Shown here: piece by piece, positions 35,632 through 46,768 of the stretch
Numbering within the stretch: position 1 is the first letter of the stretch
How the letters are laid out: every line of letters starts with the position of its first letter
Source: Balamuthia mandrillaris
Lineage: Eukaryota
Assembly: GCA_031835245.2 (NCBI GenBank)
Contig: JAVKOQ020000026.1
Location: forward strand, 1-64,000
DNA length: 64,000 nt
Reading direction: 5' to 3'
Notes under the pieces: model-generated
Seen by the model: only the letters and a program-made list of their open reading frames with translations
Told to the model about the DNA's origin: nothing
Databases searched by the model: none
Position numbers and translations under genes: made by a program

Positions 35632-36131
35632 GTCACTACGTGGCTGAACCTCTTGCTGCTACGTTTTTTGTTTCTTGGATGCACACAGCAACAGAAAAAA
35701 AAGAGGAGAGAGCGAAAATGGAAGAATTTTGAGGGGTGATTTGTGACGTGGACCAATGGGATTCGCGCGAACTGTAGATCAAGATTGCATAATGGAGCAG
35801 GTAAGGTACAGAATGTGTCTTTGATGTGTGCTCCCCACCCACAGATCGTATGTCTAGGAGATCACGATCATAACGTGGAGCAGTGAAAGTGCAGGAGGTG
35901 TCTTCAATTGGTGCACCTTACCGATCGGGAAAAAAAGGCGGGAAAAAATAATGAACAAAAAATCCACTTGGACGGATCCACTTTCTAACGACGTGAATCT
36001 AGATCAACAAAAAAGGAAAAAGTGCGAGTGGTTCACTAGCACCTCTCACGTCGTTAGAAACTAGAGCCAAATTTTTCCCCGAAAATATTTACAAAACAAA
36101 AAAACCAAAAAAGAAAAAAAAAGGAAAAAAA

Positions 36132-36707
36132 ATGGAGCGAAGTGGAGAAGCAGGGCAAGAAAAAAAGTGGGAGTGCGAGCACCAACGCTGCCATCACACC
36201 GGAAAAGATGGCCAACGAGTCCTCTATGCCTCTGCAAAAGCCATGTGGAAACATGAAAGAATGCAGCGCTATCATGGTTGCGATGCTGGTTGTCCCTCTT
36301 GCTTGCGTTGGGAGGGCAAAACAAAGGGCAAAGCACAACCAACAGAAGCATTCTTTCAGTGCCGACATACCAATGGATGTATCCGTCTGTTCAAGGTTGC
36401 TTGCACCCGCTCAACCCATGAGCTTCATGATGACCACGTTAATTGCTCTGAGGACTGCCAACGGTGCGAAGATTCGAGACACACAACAGCCTTCCTGCAA
36501 ATGGAGCGAGAAAAAGAAGAAGAAAAGAGACAAGAAAACGTCATGTATCAACGCAAAAAAGAGCTGGAGGAAATGAAGGAACGATGGATAGCAACAGAGA
36601 CTGGCAAAGTGTGTTGGAAGAAAACAAAAAAGAAAGGGAAGAAGTGTACCTCAAAGAGCAAGCAAAGGCCTTGTTGCGATGTCTCTGTCCCCAACAATCA
36701 TTCATGA
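36132..36707 (+). CDS. Tandem Cys/His zinc-finger module, probably the N-terminus of the downstream transposase (different frame)
   Basis: Two similar units: WECEHQRC..KHERMQRYHGCDAGCPSC and FQCRHTNGC..THELHDDHVNCSEDCQRC, followed by a coiled coil. Confidence 0.6.
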   Translation: MERSGEAGQEKKWECEHQRCHHTGKDGQRVLYASAKAMWKHERMQRYHGCDAGCPSCLRWEGKTKGKAQPTEAFFQCRHTNGCIRLFKVACTRSTHELHDDHVNCSEDCQRCEDSRHTTAFLQMEREKEEEKRQENVMYQRKKELEEMKERWIATETGKVCWKKTKKKGKKCTSKSKQRPCCDVSVPNNHS

Positions 36708-38503
36708 TGGCCCTTGGAGAGCTTGTAAAAAGCGATCCAGCTACGATCCACTATCTGAAAGAGCATATTAGCGAATTTCAAGAGCTTCAACAGCCACGCC
36801 ACCAACCTGCACTTTCAGTGTTACTTGCCTACAAAGAAACAGTTGGTATAACAGACAAGAACTGGAGATACACCATGTCTGTTTTCAACCTCGATGACTC
36901 CACCTCCATTCATCACCTCAACAAGCAAAAAGCAGCACTTATGGAATCCATGGAACCAAGAGTAACCCTCGGAGGGAATGGCTACGAATTGCCCCTTTTG
37001 CAATACATGAGCTGGGTGTTAGCACACAATCCTCCTCCAGAAAACAAACCAGGACAAAAGCACTTGGTGAAGTTTGCCTTTGATGGAGCCACCATGACCC
37101 AGGGCAAACGGAAAAAGCAAGAGATCGGCACCTTCAACTTCCTTTTTGATGGCCTCGAGTTAGCAAAAGCCAAGTCTGTAAACAACGCACACCAGTATCT
37201 CATTTTCCTCGGTGAGGAAGACAGAGAAGCACAGCTGGAACTACAGAATGCAGTGAAAGGGATAGAATACCTTGCTAACGGAGGAACTATTTGTGCCAAC
37301 GGTACCGAGTATGCTCTCGAGCCTGTGCTTGTGTGCGACATGGCAGCGTTGGTACATTTGCTTGGACTCTACAGTTGCTATCATCCAAACTCGAAGTGGA
37401 AGTGTCCTTGGTGCTGCGTTGACAAGCATTCAATCGCGAACTTTGCCATCGAGTGCTGGCCCTTGCGAAATGAAGCAGAAATGTGGAGAGATGGTGAGCA
37501 AGCAGAGAAGTGTGAATCTAAGAGTGGAAAAGATCGTTTTGCCCAGAAACACTTTGGGGTGCAAAACAAACCTTTGATCAACATTCTTCTTGACCACATC
37601 ATCCCCTGCATGCTACACTGCTTCATGGGAGTCATGCGCAAGCTGTTGGAACTGCTAATGGAGCAAGCACCTAACGATTCACCCCTTGCTGAAGGCTTCG
37701 AGAAATGCTTTGAGACGTTGAAGATGAAGTTACCGAAAGAAACCAAGAAGAAGAAGAAGGTCAAAACCTTGGAGCAACGGGTAAAGAAAGCAAGATTTGG
37801 CCGTTCAGACTATTTGCGTATTCTCGAGCAACGAGCTTTGTTTATGGCAGCACTAAGAAGGTCAGTGGGAGATGGGACAAGGACACAACAAACGGAAGAA
37901 ATATGGGAACTGTTTGCGAAACTTTATACCCTTGCTGCCCAGCCACAAGTCATAATAACAGAGGAGGAATGGCTAAAGATGGCGCGTGAGTTTGGTTTCA
38001 TGTTTAGCAAGCGATATGGAGAAGAGGAGGTAACGCCATACATACACGTTTTTGTTTACCACGTTGGATTTTATTTGCACAAGTACGGATCGGTGGAAAA
38101 GTTCGCCAACTATGCAGACGAGAGTCGCCACTCCAGAAACAAGAAAGCACCAACTAGTGGATATGGAGGGAGAAAAGGAGAGAGGAAGGTATGTTATCAA
38201 CAACTAGCCTTTGCCTTCCGCCAAGAAAAGTACCTCTTCGACAAGACATTGCCTGAGCCTCAACGGAAAAGGCAACGAACACAGAAGCCCAATGTCAACT
38301 GGGCATCACGGAATATTTGTTTACATCCAGAGATGCAGCAGTATGTTGGCTCAGCTCAGCTTCAAGAAGAAGAAGAAGAAGAAGAAGAAGAAGAAAAAGA
38401 AGAAGAAAAAGAAAAAGAAGAAGAAGAAGAAGAAGAGAAAGAAGAAGAAGAAGAAAAAGAAGAAGAAGTGGAGAAGGAGAAAGAAAAGGAAGAAGAGATG
38501 TAA
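36584..38503 (+). CDS. RAG1/Transib-like DDE transposase core
   Basis: Ordered motifs AFDG (D at 37082), VCDMAAL (D at 37337), CPWC, CMLHCFMG, TPYIHVFVYH and NYADESRH (E at 38120) parallel RAG1 CDG, YDEK, CTLC, DALHCDIG, TNYFHKTLAH and SEGNESGN. Confidence 0.75.
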   Translation: MDSNRDWQSVLEENKKEREEVYLKEQAKALLRCLCPQQSFMMALGELVKSDPATIHYLKEHISEFQELQQPRHQPALSVLLAYKETVGITDKNWRYTMSVFNLDDSTSIHHLNKQKAALMESMEPRVTLGGNGYELPLLQYMSWVLAHNPPPENKPGQKHLVKFAFDGATMTQGKRKKQEIGTFNFLFDGLELAKAKSVNNAHQYLIFLGEEDREAQLELQNAVKGIEYLANGGTICANGTEYALEPVLVCDMAALVHLLGLYSCYHPNSKWKCPWCCVDKHSIANFAIECWPLRNEAEMWRDGEQAEKCESKSGKDRFAQKHFGVQNKPLINILLDHIIPCMLHCFMGVMRKLLELLMEQAPNDSPLAEGFEKCFETLKMKLPKETKKKKKVKTLEQRVKKARFGRSDYLRILEQRALFMAALRRSVGDGTRTQQTEEIWELFAKLYTLAAQPQVIITEEEWLKMAREFGFMFSKRYGEEEVTPYIHVFVYHVGFYLHKYGSVEKFANYADESRHSRNKKAPTSGYGGRKGERKVCYQQLAFAFRQEKYLFDKTLPEPQRKRQRTQKPNVNWASRNICLHPEMQQYVGSAQLQEEEEEEEEEEKEEEKEKEEEEEEEKEEEEEKEEEVEKEKEKEEEM

Positions 38504-38874
38504 AGAAAAGGAAAAATAAAGATCAGTACCAAAGACCAACACAAGAGAAAAGAGAGAAGAAAAGAGAGAGGAAAACAGGAGAAAGGAAAACAGGAGAAAG
38601 GAAGAGGAAGAGAGGAAGAGAGGAAGAGAAAAAGAGAGGAAGAAGAAGACAGGAGAGAAGAGAGAATAGAAGAGAAGCAGAAACGAGAAAGGAGAGAGAA
38701 GAGAAAGAAGAAGAAGAGAGGAAGAGAGGAAAAGAAGAAGATAGGAGAGAGAGGAGAGAAAAGGAAGAGAGAAGAGACAGAAGAGAGCAAGGAGAAAGAG
38801 GAGCGAAAAGAAAAGAGAGGAAGAGAGAGGAATAAGAGGAGAGAGGAGAAAGGATAGAAGAAAGGATTTTGTAC

Positions 38875-39322
38875 CTGCTTCGGGCCATTGGAGAACATGT
38901 GATCGATTGTACACTGCATAAAATATGGTGAACTTTGTTTTGTTCTTCAGACGTTTGATATGTAAAGGGGGCTGCAGCTTCGCATAAGAACCACGCTCAT
39001 AGGTGATGCAGCTATTCTCTCCAAAGATCTCCTCGATCTGTTGCAAGGAAGAAAGGGTGGTCTCAAACTCACCGAAAAACAGTTGATGGAGGGCACTGCT
39101 GAGCTCAACTGAGAATCGGAGAGGTAAATCCCGTGGTTTCCTTGTTACTCGCTTTTTGAGCGCTGGGCCGACGGTGTCTTGCACTATTTGCACTATTGTT
39201 TGCCGCTCCAATACTACATACGGACCACATATGAAAGGAACCGCAGAAGCCTTAAAAATAAGCTGAACACACTGTGCTTCCTCCTCAGTTGATGTGCTCT
39301 GTACGGCCGCCGCAGTGCTCAT
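38875..39322 (-). CDS. Unknown ORF convergent with the RAG1-like transposase (~150 aa of complex sequence; 3' end uncertain)
   Basis: ATG at 39322, open non-repetitive reading frame MSTAAAV..QWPEA up to a possible GTAC splice donor at 38874. Confidence 0.5.
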
Positions 39323-39465
39323 TTTGTCTTCCCTTCTTCTTCTTTTTTTTTTCAAGGACGACACGACAGATCTCATCAGGATCCACTTTCTATATTCTCA
39401 TGACGACCCGACCCCTTAATTCCAAGTAAAAAAGAAAAAAGAGTAGCGAAAACGTAGCGAGAGGG

Positions 39466-42400
39466 ATGCGTTGTGTGGTGTGTCAGAGCGAGGCCTTCTC
39501 GCAGACGGAATACGGTTTCTACGTTTGCGATGCTTGCGGAACACAGTCACAGGTACTACTACCACTAGCTACGCGACCGTTTGGCATGTTTGTGTGTGCA
39601 GGGTGCTGACACCTCAATAACAGGACTTTGTCCAAGAGGCTTCGGAGTTCAATGAATATATAGCACTGAAAGTAGTGCAGATTAACAAGCCCAAGAAAAA
39701 AAAACAAAAGACACAAAGTCCTCTCCCTCTCTCCCTCTTTCATTGTTGTTTGTCTTTCTCTTTCTCTCTTTCTCTTTCTCTTGCTCGCTTGCTCTCCATT
39801 AACTCACTCCTGTGTGTATTGTAGAAGGGTTGAAAGGAGGCCTAGAATTTTTGTTGGAGGTCTTCCAACGCCTTCTCATGGCACAAGCGGAGAAGCTCAT
39901 TACCGACTTCGGAGTCTCTCCGCTGTTATATCCGCTGGTAGCTCGGCTGTGGTTTGAGTATCTCGATCTACGCAAGTATCGGCCCACTTGCTTCACCTCG
40001 TTTGGCGTCTACGTCCGTAAATCTAAAGGAAGACAAAAAGTAAAGAAGCCCGAAGAGCAAACAGCAGTAGAAGATGATGATGAAGAGGCGGAGGAGGAGA
40101 AGGATAAAGACAAGGAGGAGGAAGACGAAGAAGATGAAGAAGGCGGAGAACCTGTCGACGATGCTGATTCATCTGACGGTGAAAAAAAACAAACAACACA
40201 AGAAACAAGAAAGCCACGCCGAAGGACAAGGAATTTTGGTGCCATCGATTATAGCTTGGAAGCGTTTCTGGAAAACTCGGAGGAGGAGGAAGAAACTGCC
40301 GAACTAGACAGAGAGCGGCACAGACTAGTAAAGCCAACGACGGAGGAAGAACAGGCTGACAAATCAATTGATCAACAAAACGAAGCTAGAGAATGGCTGA
40401 AAGAGTTTGGAGGGTGGGGCGACCAAAACGAACATGAGATGGAGCAAATGGAAGATGATGAAGAAGAGGAAGAGGAGGAGGAAGAAGACGACGACGACGA
40501 AGATGAAGAGGGACTAAGTAGCGAAGAGTTGGAAAGGAAACGCAGAGAAGAAAAGGCATTCCGTGATAAGAGAAAGAGACCATTTGGACTTAAATCTCCA
40601 CAAGTAGCGATGGAGCACGATAACTTTCCTGCATTGTTCAACACACTAACCCTCCCTTATTTTGCTTGTCTCTTATTAAGAGAACCGATTCCCTTGAACC
40701 GCTACTTGGGGTACTTCTTTGCGTTATCCTCTCTTTTTAGATGTTTCCTTGCCGTATAACGATATCACCCCTTCAGGTGGATTCGCCAAGGCTTGCTTCC
40801 TCATGTGGGACAAATAGCAGAAGAACTACGTAAAGACAACCAACGCATAGCGGGAAAGTACATCACTATATTATCACCATTTGTTCGTTCATTTTTCTGT
40901 GTTTCTTGCTCTTTTACGACCTTGCTCACTTCTTTATCTTCAAACAGAGTTTTCCCAGCGTAAAACGGTTCATGTTACATCTTAGGCTTGTCTCTCTCTT
41001 CTTCAAAGTGCAAATACCTGTTCCTCTTGTAGGCCCCATGCTTCGCAACATTTGTCAAGACTTGGAGCTTCCTCCTATCATGGCTGACCTTTCTTATCGG
41101 ATATACTGCTTCTTCAAGCTGAACAATCTCATTGCAGACGAAGAGTGGTTTATTGGTAGGAAAACTATCACTCTGGACATGCTCGTTGCCGTCTTTCTTG
41201 TGATTGCCCTGAAGCTATGTTATCTATTTCATGATTTTATTCCTCCACCTACCAAGTCTTCAACACCGTCTTCAACTTCTACGTATTCGGAGGTCGATCC
41301 AAGCAAGCTGTTTGCAGGCGACAGAGAAGACTTTCTTCAATGCATCCCTTCGCTGGAGGAATGGTTCCACAAAATTCGCCACCGACGTCTATTTGAACGA
41401 CGAAAACGCCATCTACCAGAGGGCGCTCCATTTTTTAGCAGGTCCCCTCTCCTCTCTCCTCTTGCTGATTCATCATACTGATTTCTTGTTTTGGAACTTA
41501 GCGAGTTGTGGGAGCTTCCCAAAGAAAAGCTTGGCGTATATTATGAGTTCTGTCGTGACCACATCTTTCCGCGTTGGGCCAACCCGCCCAAAGGTTCTTC
41601 ATTTCTCTTTGCCATTCCTTTTATTTCCATTTTTATTTCCAGGTCCTTACATTCATGGCATAAATTTCATTTTCAAGTTGCTGGTTCAGATAGCACTCGG
41701 GATATTTTTGAAAAACATGACGAACAGGAGCAGGACAAGGAAGAAGCGCAACTAGACGAGGACGTACCGGGTGTTCCTATTCCTGCGACACCCATAAAAC
41801 GTATCATCAGCTACCAAACTCCTGATTTATCATCGTCTTCTCAACTTGGAAAAGGCACAAAACGGAAGCGAAGTCCTAAGAGTAGAACTTCAACAACACG
41901 TAAGACTTCCCCTGCTGATTCTTCCGTTGCTGCTGCTGCTTCTTCTGCTGCTCCATCTTCTTCTTCGTTCTCTTGGGTTCCTTATCCTGTTTCTCCTTCT
42001 GTCACGGCTGCTGCTGCCGCTGCTGCTGCCGCCGTTGCCGCTGCTGCCTCGACTTCTACTTCTACTGTCCCAACAGGCTCCCGGCCAGCGCGTTCTCGCA
42101 GAAGCCCTTATGACATCGCCACGTTTGAGTATAGTTCAAAAGGAACGGGGGAGGAAGCCCAACTTCTTCCGTCACAACCACAATCACCTCCTCAAGTAGT
42201 CCCGCTGACACAAGCACCTTTGGTGGAGAATGTCATTCCATCTCCCATGCAAAAATTTCCAGCTAACCCTCGAGGCTCAAGGAAATATACAAAACTGGAA
42301 GAAACACAGCCAAAGAAGCGCGGCAAAAAGATTCCAAGACCAGAAGTGACAGATGAGATACTTTTGAAACAACGACAATGGGGCAGCACCAAACATGACA

Positions 42401-43095
42401 AACTGATAGAAGAAGAACCCACAGCCTACATTCACTACCACCGAGCCTTCCGTAACCCACAACACGGATTCTTCCATCAACTCTACCTGTTTGCATTGGA
42501 AACTATAGCCGAGTACCTTGCTGTTGAAGTATCCTACCTGCAGGACAGCGTGTGGCGCTTGGAGTGCCCCCTTTGGTTGTACGTTGATTCCTTGTCCAAG
42601 GGTCTAGCCAAAGAAGAGGACTCCTTCGAGGTAACGCGCATAAGCAGAGAACTGCACCAAAAACAGGACAACCTCCAGTACGAGTTCGGCCGTGCCTACT
42701 GGAAGGTGTTCCTCCGGCAGAGGCCATGGCCACCTATGTGGCAACGAGACAAAGAAATCCTGGAGGAGTTCGAACAGCTCCCACCAAACACCACCATGCG
42801 CTTTAAGACCGTCTCCAACATGCCTTGTCATGCTTGTGGAAGTATGTCAAAGGATGTGCCCATCATCCAGTGCCCCATCTACAAGGTGAAGGGAGGCCAC
42901 CAGCGCTTTTGTGTCAAGTGTTTGGAGCGACGCTATGCTGTAACGAAGGAGGAGATAGAGAGCCGGATCATCCGGGGTTGGCGGGGCGGCTACTGCTTTG
43001 TTTGCAGCCAGCGGTGCGCTTGCTATGCTTGTTACTGCAAGGTGGCGGGCATACAGCAACGAACGTTAAGCAAGAACACCAAACATGATTTTTAA
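39466..43095 (+). CDS. TAF1B: RNA polymerase I initiation factor TAF1B/RRN7 with C-terminal zf-4CXXC_R1-like Cys cluster, multi-exon
   Basis: N-terminal zinc ribbon CVVC..GFYVCDACGTQSQ; FQRLLMAQAEKL; LWFEYL; YFACLLLREPI..RWIRQGLLP. Confidence 0.8.
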
Positions 43096-43106
43096 TTACA
43101 GATAAA

Positions 43107-43181
<75 letters not shown>

Positions 43182-43949
43182 TTAAAGAAGGAAGAGAGAC
43201 AGACGCAACGGGAGGAAGAAGGGCTCAGAAGGATGGTCGGGATGGCGACACTGGCGCAGGGCCTCTTCCAGCTCGAACTGAGAGGAAAGCAGAACAGAGT
43301 CGCCCTCGTCGTCGGTGTACTTGATCACGTAGCCGGTCCCTGTCTTGGGCGCCAACTGGAGCTGCTCGCATATCACTTTGCTCAGCCGTTGGAACGCGGT
43401 CGGCAGGAGCGCAGGGGACAAGTCCAAGCGAAAGCGGCGAGTCTCTTCCGACTTTTTATCCGCTGACACCACTTTGACTTTGACAACCACGAATCTGCGC
43501 TCCTCTTTGTCTTCTTTTGCTGGTGCTGCCTGTTGTTGCTGCAGTTCTTGTTGTTGTTCTTTTTCTATTTCTTCTACCACTTGAACCTTTTCTTGCTGTT
43601 GTTGCTCTTTCGCGATAGGCACAGTAGCTTCTTCTGAGGGGGAAGGACCTCCTTTGTCAGCTTCTTCTTCGGTTTTCCCCACAATTTGATCTTTGGCAGG
43701 TCCTGCTTTTTCTTTAGGGATGATCTTAATCACCTTCTTGGCCATAGGTCCCGTTGGTGTGGCGCTCACAGGAGAGGTCGAGGGGGAGACCACTGGCTTG
43801 AGGGTAGGATTAGAGGGCCGCTTGCTGCGGCACAGCTCGCAACGGTTGGCGCTCAGCGCGTTGAGATAGGTGCACGCCCCGCATTCCCACTCCAGCTCGT
43901 CGCCACCGCCCTTTCTGCCAGAACCCAACAAGTTGAACATGGCTTCCAT
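43182..43949 (-). CDS. RanBP2-type zinc finger + PB1 domain protein
   Basis: WECGACTYLN..RCELC; ETRRF..IKYTDDEGDSVLLSSQFELEEA (type I/II PB1 with OPCA motif). Confidence 0.85.
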   Translation of the reverse strand: MEAMFNLLGSGRKGGGDELEWECGACTYLNALSANRCELCRSKRPSNPTLKPVVSPSTSPVSATPTGPMAKKVIKIIPKEKAGPAKDQIVGKTEEEADKGGPSPSEEATVPIAKEQQQQEKVQVVEEIEKEQQQELQQQQAAPAKEDKEERRFVVVKVKVVSADKKSEETRRFRLDLSPALLPTAFQRLSKVICEQLQLAPKTGTGYVIKYTDDEGDSVLLSSQFELEEALRQCRHPDHPSEPFFLPLRLSLFLL

Positions 43950-44240
43950 TCTTTCTCCTGCTACTCCTTTTTTTTGCTGCAAGCTTCCACTCTTTGTTTC
44001 TGTCACTGCTTTCCTCTCTCTTCTCCCTTTCAAACTTTTTTCTGTTCTGTTTTGTTTTATTTTCTTTGTCGACTAAAATCCATTTTTAGGAAATTTATCT
44101 CCAAATTTTCAGTAAAGTTTCCATTTTATTTGTCGACGCCCAGACTTGTGATCAATGACGTCACGATCAACATGATCCATGAAGCACCAATCAAAAATCA
44201 AAGTTGGTTCTAATTTTGTGTCGACAATTGCTTCTTCTTT

Positions 44241-46245
44241 TTAGACGGCAAGATTCCAATAGGTGGAGTTCATGATGGCCTTGGACTTGTCCTCCAAGAA
44301 CTTCCACTTCCAGGTGCGTTGCTCGTTGAAGAACTGATCCAAAAAGAGCTGTTCGTTTTCCTTTAATCCCGTCGTGCGGTCGTGGGGAGGCTTTATGAGT
44401 CGCTTGGCAGTGGTCGTGACGCTATCGAACTCGTCCGGTATCTCCAAATAGTCGCACAACTGCCGAAGGAATGGCTCTGGCTGTTTGTTGGTCGCCAAAG
44501 GAGTTAGGTTATATACGAAGAAAAAAACTGGAGAAGAGAAACTCTTTCAGTTTTTGTTAAAACCACATTACGTACGTGCTCCAAGAAAAGGTTGTAGTTG
44601 ATGACCAAATAGTCGTCGGGATGAAAGGTTTGCAGTTGTTGGTTCAGCAGGCAGAGATGTCTCTCTGTGGAGCGAGCAGACGCCAAAACGTCGGCCTTGC
44701 CACCCGCTTTGATGTGTGGCCATCCTCTTCTGTAATTGGAGTAGGCAGAGTCTGAAACAAGGGAGAAAAGATTAGGAAACAGAACGAGAGAAGCAGAAGG
44801 AGATGCAACGAGTAAGAAAAGAATACCGCGAGGATCCCGGAACACGATGACTAGCTTAAAGCCAACGTTGGCTTTAGTGAGCAAAGAATTAAACTCGTAG
44901 GAAAGATCTGGATAGTGTGCCGTATCAAAATCGGGAATGGAGCTACACATTGTTGTAGAAGAGAATGTGAGGAAAAAGTAATGGAGAGGAGAAAGAGGAG
45001 GAAAAGAAAAACAGCAGAAATAAACACGTACCGATGAACGACTATGATCTTATGCGATGGAAATTGTGCAAACTCTTCCTTGACTACTGCAGGAAAGCTG
45101 TTCTTTGCTTGAAGATGTTTGTCGACAGGACCTTAACATTCAACAGTTAGAGCGATGAACATAGAAGCAGAGCACAGAGAAGAGAGAACGGGAAAGAGTT
45201 ATCGAGAGGGAGAGAGAACGTTTTGTTGGGTGAGAGACAACAAACCAGAAGACCACAGGTTGTGGTTGGTGGTGCCCAAAGTGAACCACTTGCGACTCTT
45301 ATCATGTTGTGGACGGTAGACAACGGAATCAGAAGCACCTTCTGGCAGCACCGTCTTTGCCAAAAACGTTGTTCCTATTGATGCATCAAAAACAATGAGA
45401 CGAGAGAGAGAGGAGACAGAGTTAATGATAGCAAATGTAAGAGAGGAAGCAGAAGCAGAACAGAAGAAGAAGAAGAACAATAACACCAAGAAGAAGAAGA
45501 AGAAGAAGAAGAAGAAGAAGAAGAAGAAGGAGAAGAAGAAGAAGAAGAAGAAGAACAAGAACAAGAACAAGGACAAGGACAAGGACAAGGACAAGGACAA
45601 GGACAAGGACAAGGGCAAGGACAAGGACAAGGACAAGGACAAGGACAAGGACAAGGACAAGACAAGGACAAGGACAAGGACAAGGACAAGGACAAGGACA
45701 AGGACAAGGACAAGGACAAGGACAAGGACAAGGACAAGGACAAGGACAAGGACAAGGACAAGGACAAGGACAAGGACAAGGACAAGGACAAGGACAAGGA
45801 CAAGGACAAGGACAAGGACAAGGACAAGGACAAGGACAAGGACAAGGAAAAGAAGCAAAACGAGGTGCTTACCGCTTCCTTCAACACCCGTAAAAAGTGC
45901 AAAGTGACGGTCAAACGAGGTACGCGTGGCATAATAGGACTGCGCGGCAAAAATCGGGTAGTTCATGTGCAGCAAGAGCCCCGCCTCCGAGCCAGCCCCT
46001 CCCCCGCCTCCTCCTCCTCCTCTCCCTCCACCACCCGCCCCCCTCATGGGTCCCTCCAGCGTGGTCGTTGCCGCTTGTTGTGTCAGCTGCTGCCCCTTCT
46101 CCCTCTCCCTCTCCCGCTCGAGCTCCTGCAGCCGTTTTTGGAGCTGCTCCACCTTCCACGACTTTTGTGCGAGCTCCTGTTGGAGCGCAAAGTTGGCCTT
46201 GGCCAGCTCCAGGCTGTCCGCGTTGTTGTTGTTGTTCTCCTTGTC

Positions 46246-46297
<52 letters not shown>

Positions 46298-46470
46298 GGT
46301 TCGAACCGGGCGAACTGCACCACGGAGGCTTTGGTCGGGGTGGAGGGGTCGCAGGCGCCGTTCCCACGGGAAGACGAGAGGGCGAGGAGGAGGAGCAGCG
46401 CAAAGGCGCAGCCGGCCAAGAGAAGGTAACGCCGGTTCCGTTCCGTTCGTACCACCAGCGGCACCGCCAT
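44241..46470 (-). CDS. Type II membrane sulfotransferase-like protein, multi-exon
   Basis: N-terminal TM anchor and coiled stem; spliced 5'-PSB-like FTGVEGSGTTFL; 3'-PB-like VIFRDPRDSAYS. Confidence 0.65.
45571..45847 (+). repeat. (GGACAA)n intronic microsatellite preceded by (GAA)n
   Basis: Array seen directly. Confidence 0.95.
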
Positions 46471-46768
46471 GGTCTTTTGGGTTTATTTCTATTTTCTTAA
46501 GCTTGAATATTTGTTTTGACGTTTTTGGCTGAAAAATAATTGCCGATTGGCCGGATAAAATATTGTAACAGATGACGTCACTAAATGTTAAAGTCGGATA
46601 TTAGCCTAATTTAATCATATGATGTTTTCTTTTTTTAGTTGTATTTAAACAAACAACACTATTCGTCGGCCGGCTGACCTGTTTCACCTTTGAATTTGTT
46701 GTTTGACACAAAAGTGTAAACTTTTGTAGTTTAAGGAGCCAAACCTTGGCGTTCCCTGCAAAAACGTG

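Larger units (their letters stand above)
35974..39392. mobile_element. Putative RAG1/Transib-like transposon insert bounded by 14-bp direct repeat GGATCCACTTTCTA
   Basis: Direct repeat at 35974-35987 and 39379-39392 encloses an intronless transposase-like ORF and a convergent ORF, between two divergent host genes. Confidence 0.65.

Noticed and set aside
38351..38874. Long Phe/Leu/Ser-rich C-terminal extension of the minus-strand ORF and overlapping Arg/Glu/Lys ORFs
   Set aside because: Stop-free only because of purine-rich microsatellite sequence.
38875..39322. Calling the convergent ORF RAG2
   Set aside because: No kelch GG/Y/W repeats or PHD finger visible, and it is too short.
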